From: Octopus bimaculoides | Lineage: Eukaryota | NCBI RefSeq assembly: GCF_001194135.2 | Contig: NC_068987.1 | Location: forward strand, 35,291,278 to 35,355,277 | Direction of reading: 5' to 3' | DNA length: 64,000 nucleotides | Shown: positions 26,347-39,515 of the stretch, one piece after another | Layout: each line of letters begins with the position of its first letter | How positions within the stretch are numbered: the first letter of the stretch is position 1 | Notes under the pieces: generated by a model | The model's input: the letters and a program-made list of their open reading frames with translations, nothing else | What the model was told of the DNA's origin: nothing | Database searches by the model: none | Made by a program: the position numbers and the translations under genes

Positions 26347-26431
26347 TTATGTTTGACTTGTGTTTTGCATTTGTACAAGTTGGATCCAAGTCTCACCCAG
26401 AGACCTCAAGAGACAACAAGTTAGAAGTTCA
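26346..26431 (-). mobile_element. 86 bp 3' UTR of an R4/Dong-like LINE inserted in a SINE tail, 26 bp TSD
   Basis: Reverse complement tgaacttctaacttgttgtctcttgaggtctctgggtgagacttggatccaacttgtacaaatgc matches the LINE 3' end at ~40005-40075. Identical tgagcttgtgtcaaaatttgaaatcg at 26257-26282 and 26432-26457. Confidence 0.9.
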
Positions 26432-26456
26432 TGAGCTTGTGTCAAAATTTGAAATC

Positions 26457-26537
<81 letters not shown>

Positions 26538-26630
26538 ATATTATCATCATTATTATTATTATCATTACCATTATCATTATCATTATTATTATTATTATAA
26601 TTATTATTATTAGTGCTATCATTATTATTA

Positions 26631-26860
26631 AAGCGGTGAGCTAAAAGAATCGTTAGCACGTAGGGCAAAGTGCTTAGAGGCCTCTTGCGCGCCTTTAGGT
26701 TCGGAGTTGTGAATACCAGCGTAGTCGACTTTACCGTATAACTTTTCAGGTCGAGAAATTAAGTAACAGTGAAAAGCTGCGGTCGATGAAATTGACTACT
26801 CCCCTCCCACCAAGTTGCAGACATTGTGCCTTCAGTAGAAAATATTATTATCGTTATTAT
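26631..26860 (+). mobile_element. SINE family B
   Basis: aaagcggtgagctaaaagaatcgttagcacg...gtcgacttt...ttgtgccttcagtagaaaatattatt. Confidence 0.85.
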
Positions 26861-27779
26861 ACTTTTGCTCGGACGTGTTGATATCGGTTCAGAAGTTTTG
26901 TCAAATTGTTTAGGAAAAAGTTGTTTATTTTTGTATACTACCGTTTCAGTAGTTTGTTAATAACCTCCCATTCATTTTGGTGAAGATGAAACCATCAAAT
27001 TGCGTGCTAAATTACGTAATTGTTTTACTTTTATTTCGCCGTCATCTTTTTTTTTTCTTTGTAAGTTAATGGTGGACAAATGCACCAAAACCTCTTCAAG
27101 GGTGATGAAGCAATATGGCCTCACACTGCTATAACCTTCATTTAAATGATAATCAGCATGACCATCATTAACAATACTAGCCAAGACAGCATTTTGCACA
27201 GGGTAGCGAGGTGAGGGAGAATGCTACATTGATCACAGTTTAAAGTCCGACAAAGAAAAGCAGCAGTAAGAAAAGCGTTCACAAAAGTAAGCGAAATGCT
27301 TGCAACGAATGTGGTTTCGGCATTCACAGAAGCAGCGGTGTTAACAAATGAAAAGATAGTAACAGTAGCAGCTGTAGCAGCAGTAGCAGCAGCAACTGTA
27401 GCGACAGAACACATAGTAGCACCGGCGGCACCTGCAGAAGCATGCGCCCCAGTAGTGGCAGTAAAAGTATTGGAAAGAAGAGCAAAATTAGTAAGGCTAA
27501 CTTTATTGGCATGGCTGCTACAAAGGAACATGTTAGTCTCTCTTTCTCTCTCCTTCTCTCTCTCCCTCCCCAACCTCTCTCTCTCTAGGTCAAATTCTAA
27601 AATAATGACGGATTCCGCTAAATTTTGGAAAATGGGACAAGGACAGAGCTTGCCACATTTACTGAATCTCTAACTGCAAATGTTAAACAGTGTTAAATCT
27701 AGAAGCTGCCATAAACCTCCAATGTGTGTTGCAGGTTATTGTCCATATTTAGACATCAAGTGATACAGTCTTATTTGAA

Positions 27780-28660
27780 ACTGATGACTTTGAAAGGCAG
27801 CATGCGGTGAGTATTTCCTTCGCTTCTCTACGTGTTTGGGAAGAAGGGCTGTAAAACTGACTTTACACTGGTTTGCACCAGAGTGAGATTATCAATGGAT
27901 TTTTCCATATATATTCCTCGATAGTAGTAAACTCTCCCAGATGTTAAAACAGCAGCACGATGAGTGGACTCTGGAGCTTCTTCTTCGTGTAAAGCCTGTC
28001 AAGCAGGAGAGGATCCCTGATCTAATGGCCCTTGCGAATGGAGCAGAATTACGCGTTATTTAGGAGGACAGAAGACCGAGATGTCACGTCAGTGGATCGA
28101 CTAATCATCCCTGAGCCGCCTACTACCAGCACACCCAAAACACGTAAAAAGATTGCATGGTCCGACTGCTACTGAAATTACCACTGCTACAACAACAACA
28201 ATGACAACAAGACACAGAATCCGCAAGAACAAGAGCAACACTACAAAATACATAACAACAGCAAAGACAATCCCGGCGCTTACAACCAAAACCACCCTTT
28301 AGGAGTAACACGAATCCGGTACTCTGTCTCTCCGTCTCCCAACCCTACATTCTGCATGCATTTAAATAATCACACACGAAAACGTACCACTGCCGCCTTC
28401 CGAGTCGGAACTTCTCGATATATTTCGTATCTTGCAGTGAGGAGGTGGATGTTAGCAGAGCAAAAAAATTCGAATAGTAACAACATACAGCTCTCACCAT
28501 TACCACCTTCACGAGCAGCAACAGTGAGAAAGCTCACATACACAATAAACGCAGAAGAACTCCACCGTAAATTATAAACATAACTAATAAAAGCACACAG
28601 CTGGACTAACAAATACAAAATGATCCAATACCAACCTGTTCTAGTTAGACGAAAATAATA
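27780..28660 (+). mobile_element. Possible decayed ORF1 of an L1/Tx1-like LINE
   Basis: IPDLMALANGAELRVI*EDRRPRCHVSGSTNH (~28013-28110) resembles the ORF1 segment leading into a degenerate CCHC knuckle; a Thr-rich low-complexity stretch follows. Confidence 0.45.
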
Positions 28661-29129
28661 TAAAATCGGTTGTGTTCATAGCAGACAACAATGACATAGA
28701 ATCGGAGGGAAATAGTTTTAACAAAAGCTAAGATATAAGTCCTTGGTGACTTATTAATGGTTAGGCCACTGCCGCATAAAATCGTATTCGTTATTCAGAA
28801 AGGAATCTCTGTATAACGTAACGGCTGCTATGATCAAAGCCACCAACAGGCCTTTGCAAGATTTCATCAAGGAGCCAAGGTTCACGTTTGATCCCGTTCG
28901 CACCTTTTGATTCCCATTCGCCATACAGTATAATCACTAAGGTAAGTGACTTTTTTTCCGTATTCCTTGACTTTATCCATCTGTCATAGCGGAAAGTAGG
29001 AGGTGTGAACGCCTTGGTTGGCCTGGAAACGGGGTTTGTTCCTCAACGACCTCAGGCCACCAAGCATGGATGAGCTTACTATCAGTGAGAACAGAATTTC
29101 CGACAAACGTGTTTTCGCGTTCCATTTTA

Positions 29130-29280
29130 GTGCCTCTATGATCAACTTTAACTTTCATCCAATCAGAGTCGATAAAATTAATACCAGCTGAACACTGGGG
29201 TCGATTTAAACGACGTACCTTCTTCACTGGAGATGCTGGAGTTGTCCCAAATTTTGACATCATTATTATTGTTATTATTT
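29130..29280 (+). mobile_element. SINE family B, 3' half
   Basis: gatcaactttaactttcatcc...cactggggtcgattt...cccaaattttgacatcattattatt. Confidence 0.75.
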
Positions 29281-29282
29281 CT

Positions 29283-29516
29283 AGACGACGAGCTGGTAGA
29301 ATCGTTAACACATCGGGCAAAATGCTTAAAGGCATTTCGTTCGTCTATATGCTGAGTTCAAATTCTGTCGAGGTCGACTTTGCCTTTCATCTTTTCGGGG
29401 TCAACAAAATAAGTGCCAATTGATTACTGGGACCGATGTAATCGACTTCCCCATCTCTCCTTAAACTACTGAACTTGAGCCGAAATTTGAACCATTGTTA
29501 CTACTACTACTACTAC
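29283..29516 (+). mobile_element. SINE family B, full-length, (TAC)n tail
   Basis: agacgacgagctggtagaatcgttaacac...ctgagttcaaattc...gaggtcgactttgcctttcatc...ccgaaatttgaaccattgttactactac. Confidence 0.9.
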
Positions 29517-31672
29517 ATCCTATCATCATCTCCATTAATCATCACTGAATCATTATTGAAATCTTTCAAATCGCAAAAATTTAAGCGAAACCAGCGAGCA
29601 ATCAACATCATCCACTACGCACAAAATATTGCTTTCTGAAAGCAATATACGCTTTTATGATATAAAGCCTTTTAAAATTTTGGGAATTTAAGAAAATGAA
29701 TACGCAGTATTTATCTCGTTTATAGATAAAAACGGGTAAAAAAGGCAATCGAAAAAAGCAACATTTAGAAATCTTCAGTGAGATAAAGATCGGAAAGAAC
29801 GGGGTACCTCAATGCATAAGAGGAAGCTAGAGTTTGAAAAGGACGATATAGGTCTTTTGAGGAAATAGTAAAACTACTTAAATGTACTTTTCAATTCATT
29901 TTATGGAAATCTAATCAGAAATATGGTTAATCGGTATACAAACGAATTTATATGCTCATAAGTACATGCCTCCTTNNNNNNNNNNNNNNNNNNNNNNNNN
30001 NNNNNNNNNNNNNNNNNNNNNNNNNNNNNNNNNNNNNNNNNNNNNNNNNNNNNNNNNNNNNNNNNNNNNNNNNNNNNNNNNNNNNNNNNNNNNNNNNNNN
30101 NNNNNNNNNNNNNNNNNNNNNNNNNNNNNNNNNNNNNNNNNNNNNNNNNNNNNNNNNNNNNNNNNNNNNNNNNNNNNNNNNNNNNNNNNNNNNNNNNNNN
30201 NNNNNNNNNNNNNNNNNNNNNNNNNNNNNNNNNNNNNNNNNNNNNNNNNNNNNNNNNNNNNNNNNNNNNNNNNNNNNNNNNNNNNNNNNNNNNNNNNNNN
30301 NNNNNNNNNNNNNNNNNNNNNNNNNNNNNNNNNNNNNNNNNNNNNNNTATATATATATATATATATATATATTTACTATCACTGTGTAACAGGATATAAA
30401 CAATCTCATCACAGTTCATCGGATTATGTTGCTGAGCAAAAACCGATGAGGGAGATGCTACATGTATATTTATGGTGTGTTATCCTAGTTTACACTCATC
30501 TGTCATGCTAATTAAGGCAGGAACAGCAAAATTCCATTGTATTTAAAAGGAAGCCGTCTTTGTAAAGGAATTCTTCGGTGTTTTTCATTCTTCATCCAAA
30601 CTTTTGCTGTTGTTAAAATGTAAAGGTTAAACGTTTCTGGTATCTTCCATTTGATGTTGTTATGCGCAGTGTTTGTTTCCAGAGTCAATATTTGTCTGGC
30701 TATAGCTGAGAACAACACTAACCATTCCGACCAGTCATTTTGATCACTTCTCATTTCTCACATTTCAAAGTCATTCCACGCTTCAGGGTTTGATCTTACT
30801 CTTCACCTTTACTCATAGAACACTGTCATGAGCTTTCAACACTACTTACTTGATCCATACCCATTAAGATTGTAATGAAGTACGATGTTAGACATACATT
30901 GGACAATGCTAACTGTTGTGGTATTCTATAAATGTTATTGAACGTATATATATAAAGTGTTTGACTGCACAAATAGCTCGAAATATGAAAATATATTCTC
31001 CAGGAGCATGTTAAGGAAACAGTGGTAACAAAGATTGTATTACTCACTCCTTTGGAAATACAGTGAAAGAGATATAGCTTATTTCGCCTTTCAACGTCTA
31101 GTAGCACGTAGAGATATCATTAAGCAATGGCTATATCAGCTAATGAAGCGATCGTTTACAACAGTGGATGACACTACCGTAGTACTTGATTTCAACGCTT
31201 TACGATCATCAGCGACTGCAAAGCTCGCACCAAACGCTACAACGAGAACAACGAGAATCAGATGAACCAATATAATATAATTTATAGCCGATATGATCAG
31301 TGTTTAATGAGCACAAGTCGTCAATATGAGATATTATCTCTGGACGTTAATAACAGTTTAAAGGCTATCTAGACAACCCATCCAATGTTGGATGTGCTAA
31401 GTGTTATTTTATACAAATTCTGCTGCTCTCCTTAATAGTTAATTTCTTTGTAGCCCGTTTGATTTTTGCGACATCAATGACTGTTTTTCCAATATTATCC
31501 TATATCGGTTCGATTGATTTTTGTTGTAACCCAGGTGCCATGTTAGGATGCAGCTGATGATCAGCAAAAACAGTGACAAAACGTGATACGGTTGTGCTAT
31601 TCATTTGTACAGGTGATCAGTTTTCAACCGCTGTAAACGGTGCTGAAACATAATTTAATATTTGCAATTCAT

Positions 31673-32188
31673 AGGTGTAGAGCTGGTGGAGTCGTTGGCA
31701 CGTCAGGCAAAATACTTAGCAGCATTTCATCTGTCTTTAAGTTCTGAATTCAAAATCCGTGTTCGTCGATTTTAACTTTCATCATTTAATGTTTTCAAAC
31801 TTTAGCACAAGGGCAGCAATTTTGGCACTCATTTCATCGACCCTGAAATTATGTAAAGCAACACCAACCCTAGCAGTATTTGAACTCTGAACTTAAAAAC
31901 GAAAGAAATAATACCAAGCATTTTGTTCGGCGTACCAACGACTCTGACAGCTCGCCGCGCTAATGATAATAATGTTCTGAATTTTTGAAACAGGCTCAGC
32001 AATTATAGGGGAAGGATCAAATCGGTTACATCGACCCCAATATTCAACTGAAGCTTCTTTTATCCACTACAAAATGATGAATGACAAGGTTGACCTCGGC
32101 GGAATTTGAACTCAGAACTGGAAAACCGACAAAACGCCGCTAAGTATATTACCCGGCGTGGTAAAGATTCCGCCAGTTCAACACCTTA
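31673..32188. mobile_element. Three adjacent SINE family B copies: 31673-31790 (+, 5' half), 31795-31960 (-), 31970-32188 (-)
   Basis: Recognisable heads at gtagagctggtggagtcgttggcacg (+), gacagctcgccgc (-) and ccgccagttcaacacctt (-). Confidence 0.8.
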
Positions 32189-32192
32189 GTCA

Positions 32193-32225
<33 letters not shown>

Positions 32226-32807
32226 CATCATCATCATCATCCTCATCCTCATCATCATCATCATCATCATCATCAATAATAATAATAGCAATAACAAAAG
32301 CAATTCATGCTAAAACTCATAGGACTATTACGACTATTGGAAACATGAAAATGTACGATTGCATATTGAAACTTCAAATTTAGTCGTAATATAACATACA
32401 AATGCAAGCACGGCTACACATCCACCACACACAAAGAAACTCAGCATCACAGAGAAAAAACACACGCAAAGAGATGAATATTAACATGCATACTAAGGCC
32501 TTATTTCAGGTGATTAAACGGGAAACCATCACACCATGATGGAATACTTTTAGATATTTATTTGCCTACAAAACTTGTTAGAATCGCTTTCGTGTGTTTG
32601 GTAATAGCAGTGTCTACAACACATATATCTTAACATATACCAATATGTGTCTTAGATATCTTCCTTACCATTTAAATACAATCATTGTCGATATCAGAAG
32701 AAGGTAGACGAAAGTTTGGCACATTGTAATCTACAATATTTAGACGAAATAAATCATATTTCTGTTTTGCTAAATGGTGAGACTGGATATTTCTAGACGG
32801 AAAATCA

Positions 32808-32841
<34 letters not shown>

Positions 32842-33316
32842 CGAAGGCAACTATATGCATTATAAGACCAGCCTTGAAAAAGTCAATTGTCATTAATTGT
32901 GACTGAGCGTGCCCCGTTCCACCCAGGTTCCGCCCCCGATATTGCTAGAGATCAGAGTTAAAAAGCCCTAGAGTCACAAGGAAGCGTATTTTCAAATACT
33001 AACAGGGGAGTTAACCACCCACACAGCGAAGCTAGATCACTATACTAGACTAGTAGTGACTAGTCCATCAATGGAAGTTTTGGCTAAACTCTGACTGTCA
33101 GTAGATATATATTTTCATTTTATTTATAAACTGCGTGGTGCAATGTATAATCCTATATATATATANNNNNNNNNNNNNNNNNNNNNNNNNNNNNNNNNNN
33201 NNNNNNNNNNNNNNNNNNNNNNNNNNNNNNNNNNNNNNNNNNNNNNNNNNNNNNNNNNNNNNNNNNNNNNNNNNNNNNNNNNNNNNNNNNNNNNNNNNNN
33301 NNNNNNNNNNNNNNNN

Positions 33317-33364
<48 letters not shown>

Positions 33365-33495
33365 TATATGTATATATATAAATCAAGGATATAATCATTC
33401 GGGATTATATCAGTGGCTACCGTATAAAAAGTGACGATATCGGTAAAATTATATGTTAAGATTATATATTAAAACTATATAATCATAAAATGTAA

Positions 33496-33705
33496 GGGCT
33501 CTGGAATCCCATTGACTGTATGCTAAAAATAGAAGAGAAATATCTACTAAATACTCTAAAAATAGTTCCCTATTTATAACGAAATATCGGATGCGAGGTA
33601 ATAGGCCAAAAGATTTAAAAATTATAAATAGAGAACTATTTATAGAGTGGTTTGTAGATATTAGACTTTTATTTTTACTGTATAGGTGATGGAATTCTAG
33701 AGCCC
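33496..33705. repeat. Foldback / MITE-like inverted repeat: 84 bp arms, 42 bp spacer
   Basis: 33496-33579 versus the reverse complement of 33622-33705 gives 66/84 ungapped matches by hand count; weaker symmetry extends about 25 bp further out. Confidence 0.85.
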
Positions 33706-33864
33706 ATATTCATAATTATATTTTATAATTGTACATTTTAAATTCTCTATTTATACTTATATATGTGCACTCAACACATAAGTGTCTAAACGTGTGACAG
33801 ATGTATAGATAATGAGAGATAAGAACAGAGGTAGGGAGGAATTACTTGATAATTCATTTCAATA

Positions 33865-34070
33865 ATATTGGTTTCAAATGTTGGCACAAGCCCACACGTT
33901 CAAAGTGCTGCTCAGATGATTACTGCGATCCCAGTACTCAACTGGTACGTATTTTATTGACCCAAAATGATGAAAGGAAAGGTCAACCACGCCTGAAGTT
34001 GAATTCCGTACGTAAAAGCGAATGAAATGCGGCTGTGTATTACGCCCGGCGTGTCAGCTCACCGCCATAT
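33865..34070 (-). mobile_element. SINE family B (diverged)
   Basis: ggtttcaaatgttggcacaag...cccagtactcaactggtac...gcccggcgtgtcagctcaccgcc. Confidence 0.75.
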
Positions 34071-34570
34071 CAATTTCCATAATGCTGTTGATTTATATAT
34101 CAAAAACAAAATCAAAAACGAAAAAAAAAAACACGTTTAAGATTTCTGTATAATAATTATATATCGTGAACGATTTCGCATATGTAATGCGGGGAGTATA
34201 CTAATAAAAGCAACGACTAAGGTTATACCCGCAATGTTTACTTTTAAAAATGTAATATTTAAAACAAATAAGATGAAGATATGAAGCCTTCTGATCATCA
34301 ATTTTGTTTTCCTTCATAGTAATGTTTATTATGAATTACAAGTAAGTGAGTGAGATTCAAGGAAACTCTAACGGATGGTAGTCAGTTTCAGAATGTTCCC
34401 TGAAGGAGTCTTCGACGGGCAATTGCCTGATTAATCGCAAGTTTATCACTATGTACAGAATATATTGATATACTGTGTACGAACGTGTCACTTTATTTGT
34501 GAGTGTGATAATGTAGATACAAATATATATGTATATATATATATATATATATAAATATATATATATATAT

Positions 34571-35180
34571 NNNNNNNNNNNNNNNNNNNNNNNNNNNNNN
34601 NNNNNNNNNNNNNNNNNNNNNNNNNNNNNNNNNNNNNNNNNNNNNNNNNNNNNNNNNNNNNNNNNNNNNNNNNNNNNNNNNNNNNNNNNNNNNNNNNNNN
34701 NNNNNNNNNNNNNNNNNNNNNNNNNNNNNNNNNNNNNNNNNNNNNNNNNNNNNNNNNNNNNNNNNNNNNNNNNNNNNNNNNNNNNNNNNNNNNNNNNNNN
34801 NNNNNNNNNNNNNNNNNNNNNNNNNNNNNNNNNNNNNNNNNNNNNNNNNNNNNNNNNNNNNNNNNNNNNNNNNNNNNNNNNNNNNNNNNNNNNNNNNNNN
34901 NNNNNNNNNNNNNNNNNNNNNNNNNNNNNNNNNNNNNNNNNNNNNNNNNNNNNNNNNNNNNNNNNNNNNNNNNNNNNNNNNNNNNNNNNNNNNNNNNNNN
35001 NNNNNNNNNNNNNNNNNNNNNNNNNNNNNNNNNNNNNNNNNNNNNNNNNNNNNNNNNNNNNNNNNNNNNNNNNNNNNNNNNNNNNNNNNNNNNNNNNNNN
35101 NNNNNNNNNNNNNNNNNNNNNNNNNNNNNNNNNNNNNNNNNNNNNNNNNNNNNNNNNNNNNNNNNNNNNNNNNNNNNNNN
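34571..35180. other. Largest assembly gap; others at 5701, 8102, 11366, 17902, 29976, 33167, 46065, 53301, 60106, 60574
   Basis: N runs; ten border a (TA)n run on at least one side and the one at 60106 lies within (TG)n. Confidence 0.95.
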
Positions 35181-36505
35181 TGAATAGCTGGGACGCATGA
35201 CTACAAATTGGTGACGTGTCTCTGTATATTTGATACTATTCTATGTTTAAATTCTGTTTTCATCACGAATATCAATTTCCTCTGAAGCAGTGTTAATTTG
35301 ATGTCTATTGATCGCACAGAGCCGAATGGTTTGCTCTAATGACCATCAACAATAGTGTACTTGCTTTTGTCTTCGGGAGACAATGCCACTTATTGTCATA
35401 TAGAACAAGAAGGACCAGTGGCTAGTCAAGAAAAACAGACGCACTTAGAATCGATATACAAGCACAAAGACATATGTGTGTGTAAGCTCCTGTGTACGCA
35501 TCTGTCTATACGTTCGTATGTATTTATATTCGTACAGCGATGTGGCTAGTTAGATAGTGGGACTCAATGATGTTGTTGAAAGGAAATTTATATAACAGTC
35601 GTTCGTCAGTTCTGGCATACATGTACGGATATGTGTATACATAGATACATATATGAATTGAAATATATCAGCAAATATATAAAATATATGATATAATATA
35701 CTTTAATAGTATAGTATATTATATGTGTATATATGTATGTATATACACATATAATATACACATATAATATATATATATATATATATATACATGCACAATA
35801 ATATATCATATATTGTACTAAATTATACTATATATGTCTCGTTCGAAGTACGTGTTATCAGGCCTTCCAATAGAAGTGTGCAATTTACGAGAGCACTATG
35901 CAGGATTTTATGGAGGAAGGACGGCAGTTATGGCTTTTTCCATTTGAGGTTGGCAGTAGGCTTTTCCTTGCCAAGTAATTGTTGATGATGCTCACACCCA
36001 TTGGTATCAGAGGAGAAGGTGCAAGAGTAGTAGTGCGCAGCATAGGAGAGGTGGCAGAAAGAGAATCCTGCTAGTTGTTAGGCAAGATAGCGGAATTAGG
36101 CTAGAAGTCAGGAGGAGGGTATGACCAATGATTTGGACACCATTAGTGTTACCGTTCAGGATAGAAACACCAGGTGATCATTGGACACAGACTGATGACA
36201 CCTCTTCCTCCAGGACAAAGCGATATTCACTTTGGTGCCTGGAAGTGTAGCAAATACTTCAAGGTGTTATGAATAACACACACAGACACACACACACACA
36301 CACACATACACATTCACATACATACGCACGCGCACAAACATAAACATATACACACACACACACATATATATATATATACACACACAAACACATCAATAAA
36401 TATTTGAATGCGAATTTGTATGTATAGATAGTTACTTAGATGATAGACATATATATAGACAGACAGACTGTCAGACAGAAAAACAGACAAACATATAGTT
36501 ATATT

Positions 36506-36552
<47 letters not shown>

Positions 36553-37444
36553 TGTTACATATTTCATACCTTATAGACCTATACATTCTTTATAACGATC
36601 TCGTATTAATCTACATCTCTTTTCCTAGGCCAGACTTTCATTATGTATTCCAATGCGCGCGAACAGACGGACATAACCCCCACCCCACACGCACACATAT
36701 TGGCACACATTTGTGACCACGTATCAAAATTACTAAGATTACATTAAAAGGTAATAGTTTAAGTCCGTAAATCTTATTTATAATCATTCTTTTTCTATCC
36801 AAATGACTGAGTTAAAATAGAAAGCAAAATAGCGAAAATACAAGGCTATATCGTTCCAAAGTGTACTGTTTAATTAATTGTTCATTGAATGCAACTGTTA
36901 TCCGACTATTGTAGAAGTAACGAAAGAACGCTTTGTTGTTAAAAGCAATATTTTGTTGTAATATATTCGGCGATACAAAGAAATTTTATATCTATATATG
37001 AATAATAAGGCTGTCTGTTGATTTGCTTTCATATAGTTTGATTTTTTTCATCAATCCATTTGTTGTGTTTCCTACAATAGAATTTTATTACTCTAACTCT
37101 CTGTTAGCTATTACAATTGCTTTCATGCGCTTCCTCATCCGATTTCCTGCAGGAAGGTAGTTATATACGGTGTTGTCTACATTGAGAAATGAATGAGAGA
37201 GATTAACATGCATGCAAGTACATTCAGTCAAACGTAACCGACGCACAAACGTATGTATTCATGTCATATGGCATATATGCTTACTTACATACAAACATAC
37301 ATATATGAGTGTGTGTGCGCGACTATATATATATATATACATATATATATTCTTTTTTTTCCGTATAGCATAACATACACACGCATATGAGCTTGTGCGG
37401 GCGTTTGTGTGAATTTATGTGTCTATGTACATTTATATGTCTAG

Positions 37445-37477
<33 letters not shown>

Positions 37478-37864
37478 TGTATGCATGTATGCGTGTATGT
37501 ATGCATGTATATATGCATGCCTGGTGTGTGCATAAATACGGACGAATATATGTATAATAATTTTTATATTTATGAGCAGATACGGTTAATACATATATGG
37601 CCAAATATAAGTGCAACAGTATTGATTATCCATATGGAAACGGAATTACAGAAATATATTTCCAAAAAGCTTCCTTATTCACCTGATAAAGCATGTGGTG
37701 AAATCTCATTGGTTATTGTAGCACAGACAAACAGCCAAACATACTTACACAATCATACACTTACAGCAAGACACATGCATGTATGTATAAATATTATATA
37801 TATATATGTGTGTGTGTGTATGTGTGTGTGTGTATGCGTGTGTGTGTATATGTGTGGGTATATA

Positions 37865-37934
<70 letters not shown>

Positions 37935-38006
37935 CATACATACATATGGGTGGCTGTGTGTACCCGTATGCGTATGCATAGGTAGGTATGTGTGTAAGTA
38001 TGGAAG

Positions 38007-38039
<33 letters not shown>

Positions 38040-38689
38040 CCGTGTCTAAATGTGTGTGTGTGTTTGTGCCCGTGTCTATGCGCGCATGCGTCTGTTTATG
38101 CCTGCGCATGTCATTGTTTTGCATTGAAATTAACAATAAACATCCAGACGTCTGCATATTCAATCAATATACGATGTATATAAGTGCACACATGCTTGAA
38201 CGATACTTCATATAGCTTGAACTGAGACTCCACGCATGTATCTGAAGAGGTTTAAGTCGTCCATTTTATCGTAGGTGAAGTTTAACGCGCTGAAATGCTC
38301 TCCAACTAGCAGTATGTAGGAGAAAATACTGCGTACTCATTGTCTTAAGTATTATCTGGTCTTGAAATTAAACATGATATTACATTTGTTGACCTATATT
38401 CCTGTCTGCGTTTTACAAAACCACAATGCCTTGTGAAAGGCACACTTATGTAGCTGCTACCTGTTGAAGCACTCGTCTGAAGATGTTGTTAATGCAAGGA
38501 ACAACACACACACAAACACCCTTACATATATATCGTTAGTTACAATGCACACATAATTGTATATCCTAGATTCAGTCTACTTTATGAAATTATTTTTCTT
38601 CCTTTCAAAAATTGTCATTTTCTTCTTTGTAACTCTCCTGCGATCCTTCGCGTACAATATAACACAGCATCTACGAACCGTGACCATGG

Positions 38690-39130
38690 AACTGTTTCAT
38701 GAGTGGGCAGAGATTTGAATGTTTCCATTAACTTTGTCTCCAATTTTTTCATGAATACCTAAGCGAAATTAGGTACCATATTTACACGCAAGGTACATCT
38801 TGTCATCTGTTGGTACGTCTTTTGTCCAAACTACATTGTTTACTTTGTAACTCTCACTTCAATAATTTACAGAGAAAAATAAACACAATACATTTATCTG
38901 ACTGAATTTTAAAGGCATTCATGTATGCTTTCACAACACCATCGTGGTCAATCTTGGGGTATAGTGAAGAAACATACATGGTTACCAGAGAACAGCTTTC
39001 GGCACTACTTTGTTTCCTGAAAGAATTATTACGTTCGGATATAAAATCAAATGTTACGAAAATAGAAATTCGATCGTTTTTCAAAAGGGAGAAGAAAGTC
39101 ACACAACCACTCCGAAATTATTTGGTATGA
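38690..39130 (-). mobile_element. Penelope-like element RT remnant
   Basis: SLVTMYVSSLYPKIDHDG (38937-38992) matches the PLE motif LVTxDVxSLYTNIxH; YQQMTRCTLRVNMVPNFA*VFMKKLE (~38735-38820) matches YxQxxGxAMGxxxAPxxAxxFMxxLE. Confidence 0.75.
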
Positions 39131-39344
39131 ATTAGGAAAAATTAAAAGTTAATTACTTCATTTTGTCTAAAAAAAGTATGCTGGATTTTTCTGTTCATAT
39201 TATGAAACTCCTTATCTTTGCGTTCTTTTCTTTCTCTTATTTTGAACCTGAATGTGACAGACTTACTGTCGAAATAATCTCCCAGTCAATAAACTTATTG
39301 CTTATTCGTGAAGAGTTGCATCGCTCGTTATAAATTAATTATAG

Positions 39345-39515
39345 TAATAATGGTTTCAAATTTTGCCGTATGGGCACCAATTTTGGGAGAGAGGGTTAGT
39401 TGATAACATCGAGCCCAGTACTTGACTAGTACTTAAATAATCGACCCTGAAAGGATGAAAAGTTACTTCGACCTCGACGGAACTTAGCCCAGACAATGTA
39501 TTTCAGACAAAAATC
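39345..39515 (-). mobile_element. SINE family B, head missing where a LINE fragment begins
   Basis: taataatggtttcaaatttt...catcgagcccagtacttgactagtac...cgacctcgacggaac. Confidence 0.8.

Noticed and set aside
27296-27673. 125 aa Ala/Val-rich ORF
   Set aside because: Driven by imperfect CAG/TAG repeats and a CT tract; at most LINE ORF1 low-complexity debris.
27735-27807. Possible exon ending at a GTGAGT donor
   Set aside because: Overlaps the probable LINE ORF1 remnant; weak acceptor; short.
30512-30754. 80 aa ORF with faint piggyBac-like ETN...KW
   Set aside because: Too little similarity; no catalytic motifs or TTAA-bounded ends.
35840-36280. Possible APE endonuclease of a CR1/L2-type LINE on the minus strand
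   Set aside because: Only vague GGRGV and YPPP motifs; no GDFN or other diagnostic residues.
38477-38506. CTGAAGA followed by a 7 bp hairpin, like a hammerhead core and stem II, near the PLE remnant
   Set aside because: No GAAA follows, it runs into (CA)n, and it is antisense to the RT.
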